Assembly (NCBI RefSeq): GCF_964204645.1
Contig: NC_134026.1
Span: 26,322,150 to 26,386,149 of the forward strand
DNA: 64,000 nucleotides
Direction of reading: 5' to 3'
DNA from: Tubulanus polymorphus
Taxonomy: Eukaryota; Animalia; Nemertea
In this document: positions 28,901-41,600 of the stretch, piece after piece
How the letters are laid out: each line of letters opens with the position of its first letter
Numbering within the stretch: the stretch's first letter is position 1
Made by a program: the position numbers and the translations under genes
Notes under the pieces: model-generated
Databases searched by the model: none
What the model saw: only the letters and a program-made list of their open reading frames with translations
Told to the model about the DNA's origin: nothing

Positions 28901-31900
28901 GGAATGATATATGATTACACAAAATTGCACAATCACAAAGTATTGCCATCGTTTTATCTATTCACTTTAACCTACTTGAATTCAGTTTGTAAGCATCGTG
29001 TAACAAAAGCATTTAAAAAACCAACGGCTGATCATAACAAAAGATTTTAATTGATACGTTAGATCTAGGGTCAGCGCCATGATAGTTTTTTTGGAAAAGG
29101 ATCCCGCATTCCGACTATAGAATTCAAGGTTCTATATAGGATTTGAGAGTCGAACAACATCTGAAACTAATTAAATAACGAAACAGATCCAAATATCTGA
29201 AATTCAGTCTCCTTCACTTTAAATACACATAAATCTTCTCTTCGCAAGCCTCGAATGCATATCACATCAGAGGTAATAATCACTAGTGACCATGTACTGC
29301 TATACAGAAGTACCGAAAGCCAATTAGTGCTGTTATACTATAATTACCTGACTAATGGAACAAATGTATGTACGTATATGAATGGACAGTATCAACTCAT
29401 TAACAAAGCCTCAAAAGCTTTGATTTATTCCTGACGTATGAAGCAATAATAAGTAAGCGAAAATATTACATATCATCAACTGAAATTATACCTCTGATTA
29501 TTATGTAAGACATGGTCCGAAGCCAGCTGAACTCATGACTGCAGAACAAATTCAAATCAATTCGTGACAAAAAAATTCGAAATACATAGACCAAATGTTA
29601 TCAAATTACATTAGTGAACATAATAGCCTGACAGACTGGGACGAAAGCAGCAAAACTGTCCAAAACAACGCTAAGCAATGAAACGTCGCAATTTACAAAT
29701 ATCAAATGAAATAGGCACTGTACCGGAAATACTGACCTATGTAGTTTCTGTAAGGAATTGGTAGGATATTATCATGGTCCATGCAGAGGAAAACCAAAGA
29801 CCATGGAAAATAAACCCTAATCCCATAAAATTGATAAACTATAGGGTTTGTATAATATACATAGCTTCTTACCTGATTTTCTGTAGGGGTGATAACCTCA
29901 TCGTTCTGATCCACTCCATCTGCAACAGAAATATTATTATCATCAAGTAGTTAGATCTGAGCAATGAGATCCGATGCTATAGTTGCCATGTATTCAATCA
30001 GGTTGTCAAAATTTGCTCAAAGGTTTGGAAATGTTCATACTCAACACTCTTCTTAGTCATTAGTGCGAATTTGAACCGTTTAGTCATCAATTTCTCAAGG
30101 GTTTTTGCAAATGATTGGAAAAACTCACCTTGTCCATCGACATTTCGTCGAGGAGTGGAAGTTCTCAATACAGGGCGCGATACATGATTTTTTTCTCTGT
30201 GAGGGCTGCCTGGTGAATGTGGTGATTCTATCTGTTCCGCACAAGGTTTACAATAATAATCCGATCCACTAAATGACACTTTATCACCAGCATGGAATGA
30301 TTTACTGCAATATAAAACATCTCACTTGTTTATCATCATATCATAGAAAGAGAGACCATAATGAAGAAGACGCTTTTAAAAAGGCCATTTTTCAAAATAA
30401 CAATACAATATGCAACATCTGCAAGTCTATTTTGGGCATTTTTATGTGTAGAAACAGATGAATGTCTATTGCAAGTCGTCAAAGTGGAATGAATAATCGT
30501 GTGTGCGCCACATAGGCCTAGTAACACAAAGAAAGATACAGGACAAGCCAAACCTTACAAAGAGGAGACTGGTTAGGTTTATACTGATCAGGATGATTTT
30601 TAAATTCTTACGCAATCAGGCAATTGATGTCTGCAGCAAGTAAGCCATACACATCAAATATTATTACAAAATTGGCCATAAATAATCTGACAAATTATCC
30701 TACTACAACAACTCACTAAAGATATTTTATTTACGATGAACTAGAAAGAGGTGCGTAGTAGTCCCAATTGGCAATTACGCATATTACACCCTTAAGTTAT
30801 TTATGATCCAATAATGTTCCTTTCCCCACTTAAGACGTAAGGTACCAGGCAGCAGGGAGTAAAAAATAATCAATAGATATCGAAAGAAATTAAGCCCGTA
30901 GTTTTATCAGATCGTTCTGAATAGCAGTGCGCAATAAAAACTTCAGTTGCACCCGCCCCCACATCATAATAGATCTCAATAGAACTAATACATATAGGTA
31001 GATTCTGTATGTAATTACTTATGTTTACACTTGGTACATGTTAACTACCAGGCACTCACTGAAGTAACAACATACCTGAATAACTGTGTAACCATTGGGA
31101 AATTCAATGCTCTTTTAAAAGGCATTAAGAATAAAATCTAAAATGCGCAGTTTCGGTCCTAATCTGCATAAGCGTTTCAAGATTCGAAACTTATTTTTCA
31201 CTCACCTGCAGTTTTTACATTTGAAGCATTCTTGATGAAATGTATTTCCTAACGCAGTCACAACCTCTCCCTCTACGAATTTTCTACACACAAAACAACG
31301 TGTTCCAAACAACTTCTGATAGTCCGACGGACAGTAATATTTGCCATCTTTTAAAAAGAATTCTCCTTCGGATAGTTGCGTATTACATTCTGAAATTAGG
31401 GAGCATTAATCGTCCATTAAATATTTTCCGATTTCAACGAACACGATCATAAATTCCTTAAAACCAATTAGATATCTCATCTTCGAACAACAAATTGCTT
31501 TTAGATTATTTGTACAATCACCATGAGAAAAACTCTATACACAATTAACATGCCATTAATCGCACATATATCGAATTTGGAGCTCAGACAGTAATGGTTT
31601 GGTAAGCCTAGTCAGCAATGTTTTTTTCCCCTATAAATCTTTTCACTACTGAATAGATATGAAAATCAAGGTTGAATCAGCTTCCTTTAAAAGTGATGAA
31701 AATACAATCAGCTTGATGTTTCTGACAACATACCTTTACATTTAAAACAATCTGTATGGAAATATTTGTCTTCCAGTTTCAGAACTTCTCCTTTACATTT
31801 TTTGCCACAAATTTGGCAAGGAATTTTACCTATAAAATAGAAAAAAAGAATGGCTAAAAGGAAGGCTATTTACAATTTGTATGTGCTCTTTTGTCAACAA

Positions 31901-33308
31901 TTTTTTCTATAACTAGTAGGCCTACTGGTTATTTCAGGGTCAATAAGGACAAGGTGAATTTGTAAAAGCTATTCTAAAAGCCAGTCTAATCGTGTTAATA
32001 TTCAGCAAACAATTCGACAAAATGAAATAACGCTAAACAAATATATTAAGCTATAAAAGGAATTTCCAGGTGAACAGTTAACAATGCAGACACCACAATT
32101 AACACCGAGAATAGAACCTCTTTAAACAAATTGTACAATGGCTTTACATCTTTCATGTTTCAACTTAAAATAGTTGTAATATCTGGATTGTCTTTCCATG
32201 AATTTGAAATGCTACTTCAAATTTCATAAACTTTTGAATAATGGGCAGCAAATCAATGACCTCTCAATGGCCTAAATTCTAAATTCTAACCTTGTTGCAA
32301 TTGTTGCACCAAGGACACAAGGAAAGATAAAATAAGTATGCATTCCATAAGCAACAGATTTAATTGCATACCAAACTGAACATTCCAAACCGTAGCACAG
32401 TGTGAGCAAATATTTGCCGTTTGATAGCGTTACTGTTACACACAGTTACTCATACAGTAGAGCCAGTATATTGATACTATAGTTGACATCTGTCAACTTA
32501 CCGCTGGTTATACTTAAATCCAATGCATACAGTCATATGTTTGCGTATCACAGAGATGTTTACAAGACTGATGATCAATATTTTTACACGGCAATCATCA
32601 ATAGCATTCATTTTGTGCTGCTACTCGTGTTTGTTGGAATAGATGCTACCTTAGTACCTACACTACTAACTATGTGTCTCCTAAGTATAGATTATTTCTG
32701 AATCAAAAACTAGATATACAACAAAATAGTTCAGTTATACATCATTCAAAAGAATATGAAAATACACGACACAAATTAATGAGAACCGATAATAGTGTCT
32801 CCTTAGTGTATTCTAAACTAGTAGGCTAGGGTAGGCCTATGTTTTTTTCAGTCTCATTTCTCTATCTGATTTGAAATAGTGTCAAAGAACATTACTAGAA
32901 TTGATAATTGCCACGAGACATCATAAAATTATATTTTCGGCCATGTTGAATTTGCAATGCATTTTCTCTGTCTGGTCTGGCAGCCGGGGTCGGTGAGCAG
33001 TAGTGGTAATTGGATGCATCCAGTAGCATCACCCACCCAGCTCAATAAAAGACCAGATCAGGGGGTTACAACGAACAGAATGGGTAAATTAACCACAACC
33101 TGTTGTTTAAAACCCAAATTTGCGATTCTTGGATTACTAGACCGACTATGGATTCACAAATGTAAAAAATCGGAGTTCATTCACTCGTATGAAATCGGTT
33201 TCTTTTCGTACTTAGTTCGAATGAAACACCGCATCCAGACTCAGCTGACTGGCGCATCTTTGATTCACGGCTATTTATATCTGCTCACACAATAAACTAC
33301 TCACCCAT
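13996..33308 (-). CDS. ABLIM: Actin-binding LIM protein (ABLIM / UNC-115-like) with C-terminal villin headpiece
   Basis: First coding exon contributes only ATG G (33308-33305). LIM1 GKIPCQICGKKCKGEVLKLEDKYFHTDCFKCKEC, LIM2 GTRCFVCRKFVEGEVVTALGNTFHQECFKCKNC..YYCKPC, then PHFHRP, EEPIKLSTYP..IERDDWPGPP, KSASLP, and headpiece KYLTKEDFEKIFNMNREEFYRMAEWRRNDLKKRVELY*. Confidence 0.93.
15764..15792. repeat. Perfect palindrome, 14-bp arms with 1-nt spacer
   Basis: atctcatcttgttt-g-aaacaagatgagat. Confidence 0.9.
17913..17946. repeat. (TA)n microsatellite
   Basis: Run of ta dinucleotides with one interruption, in an ABLIM intron. Confidence 0.9.
19556..19603. repeat. 24-bp perfect tandem duplication
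   Basis: aaatcaatacttttgccaaattct x2. Confidence 0.9.
23325..23535. mobile_element. MITE-like element with 17-bp perfect terminal inverted repeat in ABLIM intron
   Basis: attacttggagtacgga (23325-23341) and its exact reverse complement tccgtactccaagtaat (23519-23535). Non-coding AT-rich interior; a TA flank is readable as a Tc1/mariner-type TSD. Confidence 0.7.
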
Positions 33309-33799
33309 TTTGGCTTTTTATAATCCTTTTAATTCGTGTTCGTGTTTATAATCGCTCGTACAATAAATATCCACTAGCGTATAGATGTATGATCAGGAAA
33401 CATAAGACATTTTCCACGTATAATTTTTCGAGACGCCTCACTTCCCTGAGGTCACCGGCCGACAGGAAGTAGCCTTGGCAGACTCGACCATTCTCGCTAA
33501 ATAGGTAAAATATGTCATTCAATTCAATTTTTACTTTATTGATCCTTTGTTGTAGTACAATAAACAACATGGCACTTCCAAAAAAGCAGCAAATTACCAA
33601 TATGTAATCAATCGAAGATAATCTGGATATATTGACCCACCTACTCCCGAAATAGTGAATTAACAACCTGTCATTTGTTTCAGTTTGGACTCTCCGTTAC
33701 CTATTAAAAGTCAAAACAAATCCCAGAATTCCTACTAATGTAAATACAATCACATGGCTTCCTTTTGACGTATTGTGGCGGGTCACTTCATCCGGCAAA

Positions 33800-36377
33800 A
33801 TGGACAAAGAAACATTAATTGCGAGTTCGGTTCTAATATCCGTCGCGGCGGTTTCAACATGTTTACTTTACAAGATTTACTCAGGGTTTACTTCACCAAA
33901 GTAAGTTGCATAACATGATATAATATGGATCAGGATGAATAATTGTAATTAATGTCTTGAATATTTGACATTTTTAGACATTTTGATGATTTCTCATTGA
34001 AAATTGAAAAAGTTCGAGTAATCATGGAATCATGTTTCTTTCAAATGATACATTTTAAACATAATTTAAATTATCTTCACGCAAAACAAAATAAAAGAGC
34101 TAAAACAAATAACTCCCAGCTCATTAGCCGCCACATTAATCTGGATAGAAATAGGACGTGGTTAAATTTAAACCCATGAGAGACCGAAATGTCATGTATT
34201 TTTTCTAGATCTCGATCTAATCTAGGTATTTTCGAGGTATTTATCGAGTTACGTTGTATCGTGCATATAAATGAAGACATGAGGCCAAATTCGTCTTGGT
34301 TGGACTCCGGAAAAATATTCAAACCAAGACAAATCGCCAATTGTACAACATGTACTGTACTGTTATAATTATTGTTAGAGGCTTCTCTAAAGCATTAAAG
34401 TGAAACAAATGCAAGAACAGTTGTAATATAATCACAACTAAAATTGCACTATACAGATACCATCACTACTTTGTAGACATACTAAACCATTTTGTCTTCG
34501 ATATTGAAAGGCTTGATTTAGGAAAAAAACGTTTTTATTCGATTGCAGAAATAAGACTTGGCCTCGAGATGTAGTCATTGTATTTCACATTGGAAAAGGA
34601 CCTGGCGCACCGACGCTGTCACCGTTTTCACTTAAGCTGTTGACATACCTCAGAATGGCCGGTATTCCGTACCAGGTACCAAGTAAATGACGCAAATAAA
34701 GGTGTCCACTTTCTTGGAAAATTGAACTAAAGAAATAAGATGCCACCGATTCTTTCTACGAACACTTTTCTTTCTCTCCATCGACCTTAGAAGCTTGCAA
34801 TGAATGACTATTTTTTGTAGACAGTTTGTGGTAGGAATTTCTCATCTAAAGGCAAAATACCTTGGGTTATTTATAACGGGACAGTGGTCGAAGACACTGA
34901 ATTCATTACGCGTTATTTCAATGAAAACTTTGAAATTGATTTGAACAAACATCTGTCCGCCCAGGAAAAAGCGACGTCCTTGGCCTTCAGGAGATTAATT
35001 GAGGAACACCTCTTTTGGTGAGTATGTATCGATGCCCTCTGGTAAATTTTTTGAATTAATTTTATCATTTGACTCACATTAAGGTAAATTAATATATTAA
35101 TATATTAATTTATATATATAATATTGAGCTCATCTTCATAAAGGAAATTAATGATATTGAGCTTATCTTCATTCAAATCTCTATAAATCAAAGCGTATAT
35201 GATTAGATGTATTTCAAAGTAGAATGATTTGATTCAACAATGTGTAAATAACTGGATTCAGATATCCTTCGTTCAGGTCTCAATGTGGAAGCGCATTCGA
35301 CACTGATGATATAAGTGCGGTATCGAGTTTGATGCCGTATGGACCTGTCATGCTGTGGGTTGTTACAGCCCTTTTACGTTGGGTAATTCGTAAAGAGATG
35401 TGGTGCCATGGTATCGGTCGGCATTCACGCAAAGATTACCTCGATGCCGGCTCGTATGACCTACGATCTCTCGCTACATTTCTAGGTGAATATCTATTCT
35501 TTTTAAACAGGCTCTGATTCCTATATGTCCTTTCCTGATTTTTTACAGGGCCATATCGCTGTTTTCCAATGTTTATACACCTGGCCTTCTAAAACGCAGT
35601 AATAGTTTGATTGATTCCAAGTTGTTGGCTTGGAAACTCAGAAAAGCACATATCAGAAATATGGCCTGGTGGCAGGGTATTGGGCGTCATAATAACCAAG
35701 AAATAATGACCAAAATGGAAATGGATTTGACAGCTTTATCAAATTACTTGGGTAAAATATGATTAAATACTTAGATATATTGAATGTAGTTATCAAATAC
35801 ATATGATTAAGAAGTTGATATCTGTAGGTGATAGGACTTTTCTCATGGGTGACGAACCAAGCGAAGTAGATTGCACGGTGTTCGGATTTCTGGCGCAGAT
35901 ATTGTGGCATATGCCGAATTCTCATCATTATCAAGTGATGACCGGTAAGCGATATTTCCTAGAATCGCAAAAACTACCGGTCGAAGGTACAAGTTGTTTT
36001 TGTCGTTCGATCCAACACTTCGTGATATATCCATGCTCTCAAGTACATCCGCTTTCTATTTATTTGGCCGCATTCCTCCAGCGAATTTGTACGGCACATA
36101 TCATTTAATCGTTTACTAGTCGATAAGAAAAAATCTTTATACGTGTGACACGTAAGATATGAGATACACACGCATATCATTTTACGTCAATGAATCCATG
36201 GTGAAACTTAGTTCATTTTCCATAGCAGGCAATATCGATATATATGAATATATGGATATATTTTTTGCTTTTCTTACAACAGAGGAGCTACCAAATCTGG
36301 AGAGATATTGTGAGCGAATGCGGGAAAGATTCTGGCCTGACTGGGAGGAAATTATTGGCAGGAAAAGTAACGATTAG
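33800..36377 (+). CDS. FAXC: Failed axon connections homolog (FAX/FAXC, metaxin/GST-like)
   Basis: N-terminal hydrophobic anchor, PTLSPFSLKLLTYLRMAGIPYQ, SSKGKIPWVIYNG..EDTEFI, HGIGRHS, DLRSLATFLG/DRTFLMGDEPSEVDCTVFGFLAQI, PNLERYCERMRERFWPDW. Confidence 0.9.
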
Positions 36378-37537
36378 ATCTTTGGAGTATCAGTAATCAT
36401 TACCATCTTTCTGAGACTGTACAATTTTCGAAGAGTCGATTACGTTGGGCAGCGCTTCGCCCGCCGAATTCTGCTACGATTGGAACCAGTTTCATTCACT
36501 GTTATAGCCTAATAATTACAACTGTAATAAAATAGATACAATTAATAGTATAATTTTGTCTTTTCCGCGTTCAGGATTTGACGTCTTTCAGTATAGTAAG
36601 GACAAAGTTCGTAAGTTCGTGGAGGTCCCGTGTGTGGGTGATATTTCCAGATATTTCTGCGATGGAGAAGCAATTGTAACAGCTGATTTACGGCCAAGCG
36701 TAGTGACCTATTGTGACTGTACTCGTGACGCCATGTCGGGCGGGATGAAATGGCAAATGTAGACATGTATAATGTCTATATATGTTCATTTATATTTTCC
36801 GCCGAAATGTTGCTCAAAATATATACTATTTATATAGAAGTTTTCATCTTTGGCTGAATTTATTATGGGATTTACTTGTACACTCATCTTACACGGATAT
36901 TGTGTATCATCACGATGTGTGCACATCCCAGATAAAAACATGGTTGTATGAATATGTTATTGGTTTGATGGTTTGATTGGTTTTATAAGCTATTATATTT
37001 AAGACCATGCCTGCGGGGACAGTCTACAACTTCTTTGAATTTCGAAATGCCATGTATCGGACTTAGCCGATAATTATAAACCTGTTTTTTTGTGAGCGTG
37101 CGCTGCGAAGCTTATAAGAATTTTTTCTAATGAAAATAGAGAATAGCTAAGTTCTCTTCGTTAATATGCGCACATATATATCGAATTTCAATAGAAAGCC
37201 TTTCATTCGCGTTCAAAACGGACACTTGGAAACATCAAAACTCAACATTTCAAGGTAATCTCAGCAAATTAATCATAATTTCATTCTTTGGTACAAAAAT
37301 ATTTCTCAATGTAATTTAATAAGTAAAGATCATGATGTTGCGTAAATTTATCATTTGCAAGAAAAATCTGAATCCTTAAAATGATTTATGATATGATCAT
37401 AATCCATTTCATTGCGTGATCCTGATTTGACGAACATCTTTAAAAAGTTATTTAGTGTCAATTTAGACTGGATTCTGGATAAATCAGTATGTTATATTAT
37501 TATTTTCTGCATAGATCGATTTACACCCTGTATCACT

Positions 37538-38419
37538 ATGAAACTTTTTGTGACGGTTGTTTTTGTGGTGCGCCTGGGATTCGTCGTCGGAAAAGCAACT
37601 GGAGCACCGCCAAGTACATGCGATGATATGAGCCCTAAACATAATGGCATTGAGTTGGAAAATCCACCTCTTTATAAATTCGAGTTCCTTGGAGTAGCAA
37701 CTACGAGCGGCCAGCACGTGAATGAACGCGTAAATGTACGCGTAAATGAACCGTTTACTGTGATAGGTAAGAAATATAAACTTCATGGTTTTACTTCTTT
37801 TTTCCAATTACATCGCATTTGCCAGCTAAAGTTTTGTTTATGCTCGATACTTTTCAGTCAATCCTAAAAATCGGACCCATAAATTCAAGGGACTGTCGGT
37901 CCGACCTCTTGTTATAGATAACCCTACAGGGTACATAAATATGAGGGTGAAGATGTATGATACACGATTTGTAGAGAAGCAATGTAAATCAGATGAACCA
38001 CTAGCTAACAAATACATCACACATACAGACAAACTACCGAAGTCCTATTTCAACGCAACCATTACACTAAATGCTATACCTAAGGATGGTTTTTATTTTT
38101 GGTAAGCAATAAACACGGAAAACGATCTCTCTGAATGAGACCATGATACGTAACTTAATACATTCTCTGGTAGGGCGACAATTGTTACTAACTATACCAG
38201 CTACTCCAGGATTCTTTCACCCAAGATCAATGTTATGGAAGGTATTCGTGGTAAGTAACCCATTGGGTAATGCGATAGTTCTATCTCCAACGAAACGCCT
38301 TTGCTAAAAATTATATTGATATTTCAGCTCCATCAAGCTCTTCGACAGTGTGTTTCAGCGCATTGTTATTCTCATTCGTTGCGGCAGCGATCATGATTTT
38401 GAAAGAAGCTACAAACTAG
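37538..38419 (+). CDS. Reeler-domain (defense protein-like) secreted protein with hydrophobic C-terminal tail, 4 exons
   Basis: Signal-like MKLFVTVVFVVRLGFVVG, GAPPSTCDDMSPKH, KQCKSDEPLANKYITHTDKLPKS, FYFW/ATIVTNYTSYS, tail SSTVCFSALLFSFVAAAIMILKEATN*. Confidence 0.75.
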
Positions 38420-38633
38420 TTGGTTGGCACGAGCTCTATGTTTTGGCCTTCGAGGTTGCGACCAGTTTGTCATCGTTTTTGTTAAGTGTATATATCTTCA
38501 CGCACAAGCACTTACTAGACATAACAAAACTATTATTTGCTTATTACAGTAACCAATCAAGAAGACTTTATTTTTACAAGATATCAATTTCTACACCGAA
38601 TGACGACACTGTAGAATATGTTTTGCACATGAC

Positions 38634-41600
38634 TTATACCTGAGCTATTTCTCCATTTTGTGATGGCTTGATACCAATTTCGAGTTCTGTTTCTCCCGAT
38701 TTCACTGTCCTTCTTATCATTTTGATTGTTCCACAATCTTCCCAGTTTTTCGTTGCTACATTACCATCCACGTCGGCCATCACGTGTGCTACTGTAATGA
38801 TACTGACGCCATCTTCCCTTGGTTTCCAGGCATCGATTAATCTCTGAAATTAACAACAAAAAATATGAATCTGTAACATACGTAGGTGGACTGCTCGAAA
38901 TAAAGTAACTCTATTATTTGTCATTACATCTGAACAAACTGGAGTCCGGCTTGTTCGGGAAGATCAAAACCATAACCCTACCTGCCATAATCTACCATGC
39001 TCGCACCTGACAGCATGGACAGCACCCAAAGGAACACAGATGAGTATTGGAGAAGCGGCTACTGCCCAACCAAATGTTTCAGCCCATCGATGTTCAAAGC
39101 TTACAACAGAGAGTGGATAGACATTCACGATGAAGTGGTACATCAGAAGATTCTGTAAAATATTACGTTGGAAAAGTTTTCAGGGTTTTGAAAAAGAATG
39201 TTATGTATATACCATTGTAATCGATGCCGTGTTTATGATAAGAAATGAACCTAACCGTGACAGCGAAACAAGACAATCCAAACCATAAAGCTACAATTAT
39301 CCTGACAGGTTTCGAAACGATCCGACTCGAACGCCCTGGAATATGAAGTAAAACCAAATTTAGTCAAAGCTCAGGTATCTAAATTGCATTGTTCGGAAAA
39401 TACATACAGAAAGCTAGAAATAGTGGTGGAATAGACACAACTATCAGCACAAACAGCAGTCTCATGATGTAGCTGTCAACTATACGATAGAATTCCGAAC
39501 CACCCTGTATAACGATAGAAACAGCACCGATTATATCCTACGAATAGAAAATGGACAACAGGCCACAAATCGACCAATATTTGCCACATATATTCTCTTT
39601 GATAGGTTCAAAAATATCATCATAAAACATATTGATGCTAATATTGCACCTGCAACGTGATAAAACTACGCAATAAATCGCGAGAGACGAATGAAATATA
39701 AGTCCCACAATCACAAGTTCGAAAGAGATTTTAAAACAACAAAACTATAAAAATTCATTAAAACCTCGAATTTTCGGTTTTATCCTAAAAACCATTTTCA
39801 AGAGTGAAAAACCTGCACCTGCAAGTTGTAACGTGGTCCATTGTCTGATCTCTATTTCTACTTTAAAACAAAGAATAGTTCGCGCGTGTCAACGATACCT
39901 TAGTTGTGTACGCCAATCCCACGAAAAAGCCAAGTAAGCAAAATGCGCCGCTCATCAGTTCAAATCGTCGGAAAACGCTTTTCAGATACCGTGGGTTGAA
40001 CCAAGCTATTGTGTCCTGGATTGCCATCAACATAACTGCCTGATTTAAAGATTGGGATTTTGATTAGAAAGTTTATAATCGTAAAGGTAACATTCATGTA
40101 TGTTTCTCTGGCATGATTTTTTATTAAACAATCTGAATTTCTTACCTGATGATGTAGAGCGTAAATAAGCACGAATAGGAAGAAAGCGAATGGAATGAAA
40201 GTTACCACATCCAGTTGACTAAACGCCTCGGGCATCGTGATGAACGTCAATGATGTGCCTGCAATTGAGGTTAGAGGGAGCTACGAAAATTAGATGCTTT
40301 TAGAAATAGGAATTTAAGGGAATTGATAAGTAAATGCATAATCTATTGGTATCGGGCTGTCGTAATAGTTTTTCAGAATTACTCCAATTACATCTTACCT
40401 GTACTCATTACTTTGGTGATTGATATGCCTCTGGACGATGCAAGGCCATATATATATGGGGCAATAGCGATTGCACAGAAATTCGGTAATATGCCCTGAA
40501 CGAAGAGTAGCAGAACCCAAGCCCTACAACCCGAAATAGATATTTAGTTTTACGTTTATGCAATAAAATTGTCTCGATATTTTTTGCAATTATATCAAGA
40601 GGAAGTTCATGTAAATATGAATTCTATTTTTAGATAGTAGTTATGCGCTTTTAAAATATCCGTAAGGCTACGTACGAGCTATATGCATATTTAATTCGTC
40701 AAAACCAAATTGATTGTTGACTCGTAACTGAAGCATATACAGCTGGCGGCTACATTTCAAACAAAGAATCAAAGTATATTTTCGTGTGTTGTCATAAAAC
40801 AAGGTTTCTCGTAACTAGCTGAATATGCACAGTAAAATTCAATAACAGCAATCGGAGTTTACAAATTGATTTCAAAATCTACTTACAAATTTACACCACG
40901 TTTCTTTTCACCAAGATGGCTTCCCATCATCGGCAGGACACCTGCCCACAATCCCAATGTATACACGTGTAGTGTCAGAGCATCAATCCACATCTGAAAG
41001 AGTGAATCAAAATTATGATGAACAATGTTTATGAAAATATTTATTGAACAGTCTTCAACTTACGTAAGGCGATTTAAGTTGATTCATGTACGCTCGAATA
41101 TCCGTGTCGAAACCGCCCCATGTAATTTTGTTGCGATTCTCGCTGTAATGATTGAAAAGCACTGACAAAGATTTACTGGATCCTGGAATTGCTGCATAAC
41201 CGTAGAACATCACTATCAACATCATGAATATAGAGAGCGGACCAGTGACATAGGCGACCTGCCAGATAAAATGTATATTTCATTTTCACGTATGTAAATT
41301 TATTAAGATTTGGTAATGATTTATTTTAGTCTCTCACCCATCCTAAGAGATTTGCACCACGGCAGATACACGCCCAAACTAGAAGCCAAGCGGTCAGCAG
41401 AATGAGTCCTAAGTACCATGGTATGATTCCCAAATTACTAATAGACGCGCCTTTACTCTGTAGAAATAACTCACTAGAAAATACGTTGAAACAGTTGATT
41501 GATCATCTTTCAGGAACATAAACTTATTTGAAGAAATGAATACCGGTACTCACTGAAAGTACAAATATGCATTTGACGATCCACTGTAGATGTTCAATGG

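Noticed and set aside
29491-29538. Exon-like segment in an ABLIM intron
   Set aside because: It introduces an immediate stop in the phase required by the upstream exon; not supportable without transcript data.
35085-35172. AT palindrome and 19-bp near-duplicate in a FAXC intron
   Set aside because: Low-complexity AT sequence, probably replication slippage.
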